Shown here in pieces: positions 40,137-50,252 of a stretch of DNA of 64,000 nt (position 1 is the first letter of the stretch; every line of letters begins with the position of its first letter). The notes below the pieces were generated by a model. That model searched no databases and was not told the DNA's origin. It was given only the letters and a program-made list of their open reading frames with translations. The translations under genes and the position numbers were made by a program. The stretch lies in assembly GCF_988243305.1 (NCBI RefSeq), contig NZ_OZ547136.1; one strand, given 5' to 3'.

Positions 40137-41354
40137 TTACCTCGTAATATTTAACGCTTTTCGCAAAATAAACGGACAGACGATTAAAAATGCATATTCC
40201 GGGCTAAATATCGAACCGGTAAAAAACAGCGATACCGGAGTAAAAAGATATAATTGCACGCGAAAATTGCGGTTATCACCAAAAGCGTTGATCATCATTT
40301 TTATCACTTTCCCCATGTACCACAGCGATAAAAACACTGCGAACCAGGAAAAATAAATAATCAGCAGATACAAACCATTGTCTATGGTTTTTCCGACATC
40401 CGCACCGTTAAATATTCCGAATGATGCGACATATTCATAAAGTGAGCCAAATCTGACTACACCGTCAATATGGGTCAAAGAATAACCGACCATCACCAGC
40501 GGACCGACAATACGATAATACGATGACGATCCTTCCGTGCCTAAATCACCCAGACGGGTGGAAATATAAGGAAATGCAATTACCACACCAACCAGGAATA
40601 CAGCCAGAGAAATCAATGCTAACGGTAACTTTTTCTTAATCGCCTCTTTATTCAGATATTGAAATGCCCACTCCAGCAAATAAAACAGGATAAAGGTCAT
40701 AACCCCTGAAAACGATCCGGATAATATTATCCCTGCGAGAATCATAGCATCGGTTTTAGGGGTTTTGATACCAAACTGTTTGATGCTGAGCCAAATTGAG
40801 ATTAATGCCAGAGCGAAAAATGCCGGTTCGAAATAAAGTGCTGTCGTGCGCTTGCCGCCGAATTTGATGAAATTCAGCACATAGCTGTTGCTGTAAATCA
40901 GATATTTCGAAATCGATTCCATAATACTGCTGCCGCCGGTGAGGATAATTTGCGCCATCTCCACCGCCGCCAGCGCCACCACCAACCCGACCACCAGATA
41001 AAAGAAACGTAATATCTTGCGATGGTTGTGTGGCGAAATCGTTTTAAAGCGAATACTCCACACCATGCCAATAATGATCACAATATAGACAAACAGCATG
41101 GTTGAAGTGACGTATTTACTGGCATCCAACGACTGACCAAACAGGTAGTTAAACGCCGTGAGTCCCGCGCCAATCCCCAGGGCAATCATTAATTTTTTAA
41201 CGCTGATGCGCTCTAAAAACAGCAGCAGCAAGACAGGTAAAAAAGTGACGATGGTGATGGGGAAACTTTCGCCCAGCTGGGCGATTTTGACGTTAACCAG
41301 CAGGTAAATCAGCGGCAGCAGCAGGTAGCTACAGATTCTGATAGAAGTTGACAT
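40137..41354 (-). CDS. wcaD: colanic acid polymerase
   Basis: multi-spanning membrane ORF; ORF track gives 40137-41426, start moved to the Met of [10 protein letters not shown] to give about 405 aa and reduce overlap with wcaC. Confidence 0.8.
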
Positions 41355-42546
41355 ACTCCTCCAGCATCTGTTGTCCACTGTAGGCGGCGCGGCTGCATTG
41401 GCTGAACTCAGCCAGCGTGGTGCCAAATATCGCCTTCGCGATTTCCGGTTTGCTTAACTGCACCAGTTGCAGCACGTCTTCTTCGCTGACGGTTTTACCG
41501 CCGGATTTTTGCAGCACTTCACGTGCCGCGTCGCTATGGGTGGCAATCACCGGCACGCCAATCGATAGCGCCTCACACAAAATCAGCGGGTAGTTATCGA
41601 CGCGAGAACTGAATACCAGCGCATCCATCTGATTGAGCGCGCTCATCAACTTGCGCTTGTCAGTTTCAAAGCCGTGATTAACCACGTTGCCAGCGGTGAA
41701 CGGCGAGAACTTACCAAAGGTATGCAGTTCGATTTTGTCGCCCAGCGCCATCATCTCGCGTACCAGTTGCTGGTTAGTTTTGCCGTCGTAACGCAGATCA
41801 TGCGCCACCACCGCGATTTTCGGCTTGCCCTGAGTTTCGCGCACCGGAGGCAGGTCCGCCAGAATCGCTTCGGTTGCCATATCAATGCCATTATTGATAA
41901 TCCGGCAACGCCCTGGACCGTACAGACTATTGAAAGCATCAGCCACATGCTGGCTGGGGGAAATAAACTGACAGCCCAGCGCCAGCATCTCACGGAATAA
42001 CTGGCGTTTGCCCGCCACCAGCTGGTGTGCGCGATCAATCTTCACCGGCGGATAGTTATTTAAGGTCGGGCATTTCTGGCAGCCCTTTTTCCAGCCTTCA
42101 CAACCGTCGGTAAAGGCGCAGCGTCCGGTAACGCTCCAGTGATCGTGTAACGTCCAGACCAAAGTGACATTCGGTTTGTGGTTTTTCACCTTTTCGCAAA
42201 AGCGCACCACGCTCTTAAGATTCAACCAGTAGCTGTGCAGCACATGAAAATGCAGGACCACCGGACCCGGTGTGCGAGTAATGGTGCGATATAACTCATT
42301 GAAATTGCCGAACAGATCGCGATTAAACAGACGAAACAGGGCAATGTTCGCCATCGCGGTCATCCGCGGCGTATGTTTGATGACCTGCGGATAGTTCTGA
42401 TGGCTGACGCTCTCTTTGCCGCCTTTGCCGTAACCGTAGACAAAATGTGACGCCAGCCCCTGTTGCAGCGCACGCTGGTGGAGATCTAACGCCACACCTG
42501 CCGCCCCGCCTTCCGCCAGTCGCACATTAAATTGCAGAATATTCAT
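41329..42546 (-). CDS. wcaC: colanic acid glycosyltransferase
   Basis: 405 aa ORF, cluster position. Confidence 0.88.
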   Translation of the reverse strand: MNILQFNVRLAEGGAAGVALDLHQRALQQGLASHFVYGYGKGGKESVSHQNYPQVIKHTPRMTAMANIALFRLFNRDLFGNFNELYRTITRTPGPVVLHFHVLHSYWLNLKSVVRFCEKVKNHKPNVTLVWTLHDHWSVTGRCAFTDGCEGWKKGCQKCPTLNNYPPVKIDRAHQLVAGKRQLFREMLALGCQFISPSQHVADAFNSLYGPGRCRIINNGIDMATEAILADLPPVRETQGKPKIAVVAHDLRYDGKTNQQLVREMMALGDKIELHTFGKFSPFTAGNVVNHGFETDKRKLMSALNQMDALVFSSRVDNYPLILCEALSIGVPVIATHSDAAREVLQKSGGKTVSEEDVLQLVQLSKPEIAKAIFGTTLAEFSQCSRAAYSGQQMLEEYVNFYQNL

Positions 42547-43031
42547 TTAATTACCTTCACTCGCGCTTTTTCTCCCACCACCAGCGCGTTGTCCGGGACA
42601 GAGTCGAGCACCACGCTGCCCGCGCCCACGGTGACGTTGTTACCAAGCGTGATATCACCAAGAATAATGACGTTGGCACCGAGCTCGACGCCGTTGCCAA
42701 TGTGTGGACATGCCATGTTATCGGCACCACGATTGCCGATAGTGACGCCGTGGCGAATGGTGAAATCATCCCCCGCTACCACGTTTTTATTGATCACTAC
42801 GGCGTAACCGTGATGGATAGTGAAACGGCGACCAATGGTTGCGGCTGCCTGGATTTCATAACCGAAAAAGCATTCGGTGATAATGCGATACAGCACCAGC
42901 AGCGGGGCCGCCCAAATATTGTTGAGGACGTTCTTTTTGCGCCACACCGAACAAAAATGAGCGACGCGATAGGCAAGAACCATGCAGCACGGGCGTAAAC
43001 TCCAGCTGTTGGCGCGCAGATCTTCCAGCAT
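42543..43031 (-). CDS. wcaB: colanic acid acetyltransferase (hexapeptide repeat)
   Basis: 162 aa ORF, cluster position. Confidence 0.88.
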   Translation of the reverse strand: MLEDLRANSWSLRPCCMVLAYRVAHFCSVWRKKNVLNNIWAAPLLVLYRIITECFFGYEIQAAATIGRRFTIHHGYAVVINKNVVAGDDFTIRHGVTIGNRGADNMACPHIGNGVELGANVIILGDITLGNNVTVGAGSVVLDSVPDNALVVGEKARVKVIK

Positions 43032-43033
43032 CT

Positions 43034-43873
43034 TTAGCGCCCCCGAATACCATCAGCCAGACGTTTGCCGTTACGCACCGACAGCAGCGTCAGCAAAGTG
43101 CGCCAGGTCATGCGTTTATTGCGGATCTGGTAGAGGGTAAACAGCTGATATTTTTTGCTGGCACGGTCGAATTTGTCTTTGTGCTTGCGGTAAAAGTGGA
43201 AGTACCCGGAGAATTTTTTCGGTGACGAGGTGATCTGCATTTCACCGTGATTGATATGCAGGATCTGCGTCGCCTCTTCCACTTTCCACGGTTCGCCATA
43301 CTCCACCACCATCCGCAGGAAGATGTCGTAATCCTGTGCCGCTTTCAGTTCGGTATCAAACAAACACTCTTTGAAACGCCATGCCCAGGTAAAGACCTGA
43401 TTGCCAATGATATTGCGTTTGTAGAACAGGCGGCGTGAATACGGCGATTTGGGATACAGCGGTAAGCTTGCCGGTTGGGAATAGACTTCGCCCTGGCAAA
43501 CGTAATCGTTAGCGTACAAAAAGGCGTGAGTGACCAGTTGCTGTTTATGGGCGAGGAAGACGCTCAGACGGTTGGGGGTCCATTCATCATCATCATCGAT
43601 CCCGGTGATGTATTCCCCTTGCGCCAGCATAATAGCCTGGTTACGTACCGCGCACGCCCCGCTGTTAATGTCGTTGTGAATGTAGGTAATACGCGGATCG
43701 TTGAGGGCGGTGACGTACTGTTGCAGTTGTTCCCAGGAGGTGGAGCAATCATCCACGACGATCATCTCCCAGTTGTTGTAGTCCTGGCGCAGGACCGATT
43801 TTATCGCCCGAATCGCCAGTTGTTGGCGGTTCCAGGTCGGCATATAGATTGAGATCAGCGGATTGTCTTTCAT
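43034..43873 (-). CDS. wcaA: colanic acid glycosyltransferase, family 2
   Basis: 279 aa ORF; ISIYMPTWNRQ...DDCST motif. Confidence 0.88.
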   Translation of the reverse strand: MKDNPLISIYMPTWNRQQLAIRAIKSVLRQDYNNWEMIVVDDCSTSWEQLQQYVTALNDPRITYIHNDINSGACAVRNQAIMLAQGEYITGIDDDDEWTPNRLSVFLAHKQQLVTHAFLYANDYVCQGEVYSQPASLPLYPKSPYSRRLFYKRNIIGNQVFTWAWRFKECLFDTELKAAQDYDIFLRMVVEYGEPWKVEEATQILHINHGEMQITSSPKKFSGYFHFYRKHKDKFDRASKKYQLFTLYQIRNKRMTWRTLLTLLSVRNGKRLADGIRGR

Positions 43874-43889
43874 AGGTTGTTCTCCCGGC

Positions 43890-43965
43890 TTATGAGCTGG
43901 TTTGCTTGCCGGATGCGGCGTGAGCGCCTTATCCGGCCTACGGGGCGGTGCGAATGCAGGCGTCG
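43890..43965. repeat. REP element between wzc and wcaA
   Basis: palindromic gccggatgcggcgtgagcgccttatccggcctac unit. Confidence 0.8.
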
Positions 43966-46128
43966 TTATTTCGCATCCGACTTATATTCGTATTCGTAAT
44001 AGCCATAATCCTGATACGCGCTGGCGCGACGGAAGATGGAGTTCAGAATCACCCCTTTCACCGGAATACCGTTTTGCTCAAAGCGGCTCAGACTGGTTTC
44101 CACTTCTTTCAATGTGTTGACCGCATAACGCGCCACCATTAACGTGGTTCCGACATGACGACCAACAATTGCCGCATCGGTCACTGCCAGAATCGGCGGC
44201 GTATCAATCAACACCAGGTCATAGTTTTTACTCGCCCAGTTCACCAGTTCGGCAAAGCGTTCGCTCATCAACAGTTCAGAAGGATTTGGCGGTACCTGAC
44301 CGCGCGGGATCAGGTCAAATTTGGCAATAGAGGTCGGTTTAGCAGCGGTAGTAATATCGCCCTGACCAATCAAAATTTCCGACAGGCCATTGACGTTATT
44401 GGTGCCCAACAGCTCGTGGGTGTAGCCTTTGCGCATATCGCAGTCGATCAACAACACCCGTTTATTGGTCTGACTGATCACCGCCGCCAGGTTAGCGCAG
44501 ACAAAGGTTTTACCGATTGACGGGCTAACCCCGGTCATCATCAACACATTGTTCTGCGCCTGCATCATCGCGAAGTGCAGACTGGTACGCAGACTGCGGA
44601 TGGCTTCAATCGCCAGATCGGTTGGATTCCCCACCGCCAGTAGCTGGCTCTGTTTATAGCGTTTAACCCCTTTGATGGTTTTGACGCTATCGCGCGCTTT
44701 CTGCCATTCCGACAGCGGGATGCTGGCATAGACGCTAATACCGTGTTCTTCCAGCACCTGTGGGCTTTCGATGCCGCGATTGAACAACGAGCGCAGCAGC
44801 ACACCCACGATAGAGAGCATCAGGCCGAGGATAATCGCGCCGAGGATAATCAGCCCTTTCTTCGGTTTTAGCACGCCAGGCTGGGTGATTGCCGGGTCAA
44901 CAATGCGCACATCGCCGACGGTGCTGGCCTCGGTGATTTTCAGCTCCTGCTCTTTATTCAGCAGTTGCATATAGACCTGTTGACCAGACTCGACATCGCG
45001 GGTCAGACGGACAATTTCCTGCTGGGTTTTCGGCATCGCCGTTACGCGACCGTTAAGTTTGGCTTTTTCGTCTTCCAGCGCCTGCCGTTTCTCCAGCAGC
45101 GTGCGGTACGCCGGGTGAACTTTGGTGTACAGCTTGGAGATTTCCGCTTCTTTAAAGGTCAGTTCGTTCAACTGCGCGTCGATGTTCACCATCGAATCGA
45201 GCACCGCTTTCGCTTCCAGCGGCAGATCAACAGAATCTTTATCCTGACGGAAGGCATTCAGTTTGTTTTCGGCAACATCGAGGCGGCTACGTACTTCCGG
45301 TAACTGTTGCGCGAGGAAAGCGAGGCTTTTCGACGCTTCCGCCGATTTGCGCTCAATATTTTGTTCCTGATAGTTACGGGCGATGCTGTTAAGAATGTCG
45401 CGGATCTGTTCGCGATCTTCACCGGTATAAGTCAGGCTCAAAACGCCAGCATCTTTGCCGTTCTCCGTTACCGTCAGGCTGTTTTGCAGTTGGTTGATCA
45501 TCCCCAGCGTGGAGTATTTGGTGACGGTAAACTCACTGCCCGGGCTGGCGTGAATGGCTTCAACCATCAGCGTGACGCCTTCTTTTTTCAGCATCTGGCC
45601 CGCTTGCCCACGGGCGCTAAAGCCGCCATCACTGCTCAGGGTGTAGTTTTTGTCATCAAGCACATTAAGCGTAAACACCTGATCCGCCATCTCTTTCGGG
45701 CGGTTAAAGGTGGTCACTTTCACCGTCTCGTTCTGACGTCCCATCAGGCGATCCCAGCCCGCACCGAAAATCGGGAACGTGTTTTTGCTCACCGCAATAT
45801 CGAGGTCGAGATCGTCCACCGTTTTACCAAGCACCAGACGCGAACGAATCAACTGGATCTCGGCGTCCGATGCTGGCGGTTTGTTGGCTAATGCCGAACC
45901 AATGTCCTGCACTAACGAATTGCCGCTGTTTTGCTCGATTTGTACCAGTGCGTCGGCACTATAAATCGGCGTGGCGAAGAAGGTGTAAACCACGGCACAG
46001 AGGGCGAATACGGCAGTGATGCCAATTACCCACCAGCGCGCCTCAATGACGGTGCCAACCAGGCGACCAATATCGATTTCATCACTGCCCGTTACCGGAG
46101 CGGCATGTTGTTTTACTTTTTCTGTCAT
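43966..46128 (-). CDS. wzc: tyrosine autokinase / polysaccharide co-polymerase
   Basis: ORF 43966-46164 trimmed to start at MTEKVKQH (720 aa); Walker A GVSPSIGKT; C-terminal Tyr-rich tail YQDYGYYEYEY. Confidence 0.92.
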   Translation of the reverse strand: MTEKVKQHAAPVTGSDEIDIGRLVGTVIEARWWVIGITAVFALCAVVYTFFATPIYSADALVQIEQNSGNSLVQDIGSALANKPPASDAEIQLIRSRLVLGKTVDDLDLDIAVSKNTFPIFGAGWDRLMGRQNETVKVTTFNRPKEMADQVFTLNVLDDKNYTLSSDGGFSARGQAGQMLKKEGVTLMVEAIHASPGSEFTVTKYSTLGMINQLQNSLTVTENGKDAGVLSLTYTGEDREQIRDILNSIARNYQEQNIERKSAEASKSLAFLAQQLPEVRSRLDVAENKLNAFRQDKDSVDLPLEAKAVLDSMVNIDAQLNELTFKEAEISKLYTKVHPAYRTLLEKRQALEDEKAKLNGRVTAMPKTQQEIVRLTRDVESGQQVYMQLLNKEQELKITEASTVGDVRIVDPAITQPGVLKPKKGLIILGAIILGLMLSIVGVLLRSLFNRGIESPQVLEEHGISVYASIPLSEWQKARDSVKTIKGVKRYKQSQLLAVGNPTDLAIEAIRSLRTSLHFAMMQAQNNVLMMTGVSPSIGKTFVCANLAAVISQTNKRVLLIDCDMRKGYTHELLGTNNVNGLSEILIGQGDITTAAKPTSIAKFDLIPRGQVPPNPSELLMSERFAELVNWASKNYDLVLIDTPPILAVTDAAIVGRHVGTTLMVARYAVNTLKEVETSLSRFEQNGIPVKGVILNSIFRRASAYQDYGYYEYEYKSDAK

Positions 46129-46130
46129 TC

Positions 46131-46574
46131 TTATACCTGCTCTGCGTTCAATGCCTGCGCCCACTGGCGGGCAGACCGTTCAAGTAATGTGTACACCGCT
46201 GCAAACGTTTCCCGGCTTTTGCGATACGGATCGGGGATTTCACATTCGTTATCCCAGTGACCAAACAGCATCACTTTGCCGCGCATCTCAGGTGCCATCT
46301 CGCATAAGCGTTCGATATGGCGCTTTTCCATGGTCAAAATCAGGTCGTAGTTGCGACACAGGCGACGGCTGATTTGCCGTGCACAGTGACCTTCCAGAGA
46401 CAGTTGATGTTCTGCGGCGACGCTGATAGCAGTAGGGTCAGCGCCCTTACCGACCAGCGCGCCGAGTCCAGCGGACTCCACTTTCAGCTCCGGGTGATAA
46501 CGTTGCAGTAAGCGTTCCGCCGTCGGGGAACGGCAAATATTGCCGACACAGACAACTAAGATGTTGTTAAACAT
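46131..46574 (-). CDS. wzb: low-molecular-weight protein-tyrosine phosphatase
   Basis: 147 aa ORF with CVGNICRSP P-loop signature. Confidence 0.92.
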   Translation of the reverse strand: MFNNILVVCVGNICRSPTAERLLQRYHPELKVESAGLGALVGKGADPTAISVAAEHQLSLEGHCARQISRRLCRNYDLILTMEKRHIERLCEMAPEMRGKVMLFGHWDNECEIPDPYRKSRETFAAVYTLLERSARQWAQALNAEQV

Positions 46575-46579
46575 GACGA

Positions 46580-47719
46580 TTACCAGTTATGAATGTCGCT
46601 GGCTGTATCCGTCATGTAACGGACACCGCTAATAGTTGGCAGCAACTGATTGATCAGACGGTTCCAGCGGGAAACCGGGGCGGTGGTGACATACACCACG
46701 TCATAAGGTTGCAGGCGGAATTCTGTCGCCATCACCAGCGACGTGGCATCGGACATATCCAGCTGGTAGATATTGGCAATCTTGCCGTTACGCCCACCCT
46801 CGCCTTTCAGCGGACGAATGACAAAGATGCCGCTGGCGTTGGAGGTGGTCATGTCGATGCCTTCAGCATTGCCCAGGGCTTCAGTCAGGGTCATGCCGCT
46901 AAAGTCCATTTTCAGGGTGCTCTGTTTTTTAACTTCACCCATCACAAATACTTTCAGATCATCATTACGCGGCACGTAGAGAATATCGCCGGGGTAAAGC
47001 AGTCGGTTCTGATTGAGGTCGCCGTTTTGCATCAGCGCCTGCAAAGAAATGCGTTCTTCACGACCATTGTGTGTTAGCACCACGTTGCGCCAGTCAGCGG
47101 TGTCGGTCAGACCACCTGCGGCGTTGATGGCATCGAGAATGGTCAGTGGTACGTTGGTGATGGCCTGTTGACCGGATTTATTCACCTGACCTGAGATATA
47201 CGCTTTTTGCGAGCGGAAGGCGGCGATATTAACGTCCACCTGCGGGTCAGCGATGTACGTCGCTAAGCGCCCGGTAATATCACTGCGGATTTCAGCGAGC
47301 GTTTTCCCCACCACGTGAACTTTGCCGATATACGGGTAGAACATGGTGCCGTCAGGCTGTACCCAGTTGCCGGTGTCGCTGGAGCTGCGGTACTGACCGG
47401 CTGGCGTGGTAAGTTCCGGGTGATCCCAGACGGTGACATTAAGAACGTCCCCCGGCCCGACGCGATACTGGTAATTCGCGATCTCGCTTTCCAGCGTCAT
47501 ATTGGGGCGCGCTACGTTGGGTCGTGGGCGTAATTGATCAATCAGGCGCGGGGTCAACGGATAAACATTCACCATTTTGTCGAGATCGAAATCAGCGTCC
47601 TGCTGTTTGATGACGTCTTTGCCCATCGTCGACATATTGCTGCCCGGAAGTACTGTGCAACCGCTTATCAAGGTTACTGACACCAATAATGGCATCAATT
47701 TCATTTTGGATTTCATCAT
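46580..47719 (-). CDS. wza: outer membrane polysaccharide export lipoprotein
   Basis: 379 aa ORF with lipoprotein signal (LISGC); first gene of colanic acid operon. Confidence 0.92.
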   Translation of the reverse strand: MMKSKMKLMPLLVSVTLISGCTVLPGSNMSTMGKDVIKQQDADFDLDKMVNVYPLTPRLIDQLRPRPNVARPNMTLESEIANYQYRVGPGDVLNVTVWDHPELTTPAGQYRSSSDTGNWVQPDGTMFYPYIGKVHVVGKTLAEIRSDITGRLATYIADPQVDVNIAAFRSQKAYISGQVNKSGQQAITNVPLTILDAINAAGGLTDTADWRNVVLTHNGREERISLQALMQNGDLNQNRLLYPGDILYVPRNDDLKVFVMGEVKKQSTLKMDFSGMTLTEALGNAEGIDMTTSNASGIFVIRPLKGEGGRNGKIANIYQLDMSDATSLVMATEFRLQPYDVVYVTTAPVSRWNRLINQLLPTISGVRYMTDTASDIHNW

Positions 47720-47892
47720 TGTTTATTTATCACTTTGGCAGAGTAATTATCCTGTGCACTATTAATAGCAATGTCGCCATGCACATTTACCTTGCAGTTA
47801 ATTGAATAAAAATTTAACTGGCATCAGTCCTAAAAAAATTGATTTCATCCGCAGGCTATTGACAGAATAATTCAGACTGGTCTTTCAGGCAT

Positions 47893-47935
47893 CCAGACAC
47901 GCTACCGCCCCTGGCTTTTTAGCTACCAATACACT
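47893..47935 (-). promoter_or_regulatory. JUMPstart element with ops site in the leader of the colanic acid operon
   Basis: plus-strand cacgctaccgcc at 47898-47909, reverse complement of GGCGGTAGCGTG, about 180 nt upstream of the wza start. Confidence 0.8.
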
Positions 47936-48377
47936 GATTTAGCTTAATTTTTAAAACCCTCTCAACATACAGTCGTTGATGAGAAAGGGTTATTGCGGAA
48001 ATTAACTTCCGAATATAAGGTGACATTATGGTAATTGAATATTGGCTCTCCAATAATGCAGGAGGAAGTGTTACAGCTAACGGAATAGCAGGCAAGGTAA
48101 CAATTCGGCAATTGGCTATTTTTAAGAATTATATTAAGTGTCATTCAACATGGTTTTTAGGAGTTTCTTTAGGTTGACAATATTTAATATAGTGTCTCCA
48201 CATGCGATATTTCTTAAATAATGTTTTATTATTACCACTTTTAATTCAGGGATAATGTGAGGTTATAAACCTCAAATAATATGAGATAAATAGTGCTGCA
48301 ACATTGCATTTTTGCCCCGATTTATCCATGATCGAATTGTGACATTTGTCATACAACGAATAGGTTTTGTACTTACT

Positions 48378-49961
48378 ATGGAATGGATTGCCGATCCGTC
48401 TATCTGGGCCGGGTTAATCACGCTGATTGTGATCGAACTGGTCCTCGGCATTGATAACCTGGTCTTTATTGCCATCCTCGCCGAAAAACTACCGCCGAAG
48501 CAGCGCGACCGCGCACGGGTTACCGGGCTGCTGCTGGCGATGTTAATGCGCCTGTTACTGCTGGCGTCAATCTCCTGGCTGGTCACCCTGACACAACCGC
48601 TATTCAGCTTTCGCTCGTTTACCTTTAGCGCCCGCGACTTAATCATGCTGTTTGGTGGTTTCTTCCTGCTGTTCAAAGCCACGATGGAGCTGAACGAACG
48701 GCTGGAAGGGAAAGACAGCAATAACCCCACGCAACGCAAAGGTGCGAAGTTCTGGGGGGTGGTGACACAAATTGTGGTACTGGACGCCATCTTCTCACTC
48801 GACTCGGTGATTACCGCCGTCGGGATGGTCGACCATTTACTGGTCATGATGGCCGCCGTCGTTATCGCTATTAGCCTGATGTTGATGGCCAGCAAGCCGT
48901 TAACGCAATTTGTTAACAGTCACCCGACGATCGTTATTCTCTGCTTAAGCTTCCTGTTGATGATTGGCTTTAGCCTGGTGGCAGAAGGTTTCGGCTTCGT
49001 CATTCCGAAAGGCTACCTGTACGCTGCTATTGGTTTCTCGGTGATGATCGAGGCGCTCAATCAGTTGGCTATCTTTAACCGGCGACGTTTTCTTTCCGCT
49101 AACCAGACACTGCGCCAGCGGACTACCGAAGCGGTAATGCGCCTGCTTAGCGGGCAAAAAGAAGATGCGGAACTGGACGCCGAAACCGCGTCCATGCTGG
49201 TGGATCATGGTAACCAGCAGATCTTTAATCCGCAGGAACGGCGGATGATTGAGCGGGTACTTAATCTTAACCAGCGTACTGTCAGCAGCATTATGACGTC
49301 GCGCCACGATATTGAGCATATCGATCTCAACGCGCCGGAAGAAGAAATCCGCCAGTTGCTGGAGCGAAATCAGCATACGCGGTTGGTGGTTACCGACGGT
49401 GATGACGCAGAAGATTTGCTCGGTGTTGTTCACGTTATCGACCTGCTACAACAGTCACTGCGCGGCGAACCGCTCAACCTGCGGGTGTTGATTCGCCAGC
49501 CGCTGGTGTTCCCGGAAACCTTGCCGTTGTTACCTGCTTTGGAGCAGTTCCGTAATGCCCGCACACACTTTGCTTTTGTGGTGGATGAGTTTGGCTCGGT
49601 GGAAGGGATTGTGACATTAAGTGACGTCACGGAAACTATTGCCGGTAACTTGCCGAACGAAGTGGAAGAGATCGACGCCCGCCATGATATTCAGAAAAAC
49701 GCCGACGGTTCCTGGACGGCGAATGGTCATATGCCACTGGAAGATCTGGTGCAATATGTGCCGCTACCGCTGGATGAGAAACGCGAATATCACACCATTG
49801 CCGGGCTGCTGATGGAATATTTGCAGCGTATTCCAAAACCTGGCGAAGAAGTTCAGGTGGGGGATTATTTGCTTAAAACGTTGCAGGTGGAAAGCCATCG
49901 CGTGCAGAAGGTGCAGATTATACCGCTGCGTAAGGATGGCGAGATGGAGTACGAGGTGTGA
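48378..49961 (+). CDS. yegH: inner membrane protein with TerC-family membrane domain and CBS / CorC-HlyC C-terminal domains
   Basis: ORF 48312-49961; start set at [10 protein letters not shown] (ATG at 48378) to give 527 aa; domain call from recollection and hydrophobic N-terminal half. Confidence 0.8.
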   Translation: MEWIADPSIWAGLITLIVIELVLGIDNLVFIAILAEKLPPKQRDRARVTGLLLAMLMRLLLLASISWLVTLTQPLFSFRSFTFSARDLIMLFGGFFLLFKATMELNERLEGKDSNNPTQRKGAKFWGVVTQIVVLDAIFSLDSVITAVGMVDHLLVMMAAVVIAISLMLMASKPLTQFVNSHPTIVILCLSFLLMIGFSLVAEGFGFVIPKGYLYAAIGFSVMIEALNQLAIFNRRRFLSANQTLRQRTTEAVMRLLSGQKEDAELDAETASMLVDHGNQQIFNPQERRMIERVLNLNQRTVSSIMTSRHDIEHIDLNAPEEEIRQLLERNQHTRLVVTDGDDAEDLLGVVHVIDLLQQSLRGEPLNLRVLIRQPLVFPETLPLLPALEQFRNARTHFAFVVDEFGSVEGIVTLSDVTETIAGNLPNEVEEIDARHDIQKNADGSWTANGHMPLEDLVQYVPLPLDEKREYHTIAGLLMEYLQRIPKPGEEVQVGDYLLKTLQVESHRVQKVQIIPLRKDGEMEYEV

Positions 49962-50179
49962 TGGTATCGCCATTTTACCCGATGCTGCGTAACGCCTTAT
50001 AACTTCAGCAATGAAGCGATGTCTGTGGTACATGGACATCACAGCGGGGGTGTGGGTCCGGGTTGCCAGGGTGGTGGAGATTGAGCCACCCTGGCACGTT
50101 CACCGGCTTGAGCGTTCCATAGTAGCGAGGAACATCAAGTGAACGGAACAGCCTTCGATCTTACATATTCAGAATATAA

Positions 50180-50245
50180 TGGTGCCGCCACGAACGCCTG
50201 ATGCGACGCTTTACGCGTCTTATCAGGCCTACAGGACAGGTCACC
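50180..50245. repeat. REP element between convergent yegH and asmA
   Basis: gcctgatgcgacgctttacgcgtcttatcaggcctacagg palindromic unit. Confidence 0.8.
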
Positions 50246-50252
50246 TGGTAAA

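Noticed and set aside
48272-48895. 207-aa minus-strand ORF overlapping the start of yegH
   Set aside because: Antisense to the well-supported yegH membrane domain; serine/threonine-rich low-complexity translation; no room for an independent gene.
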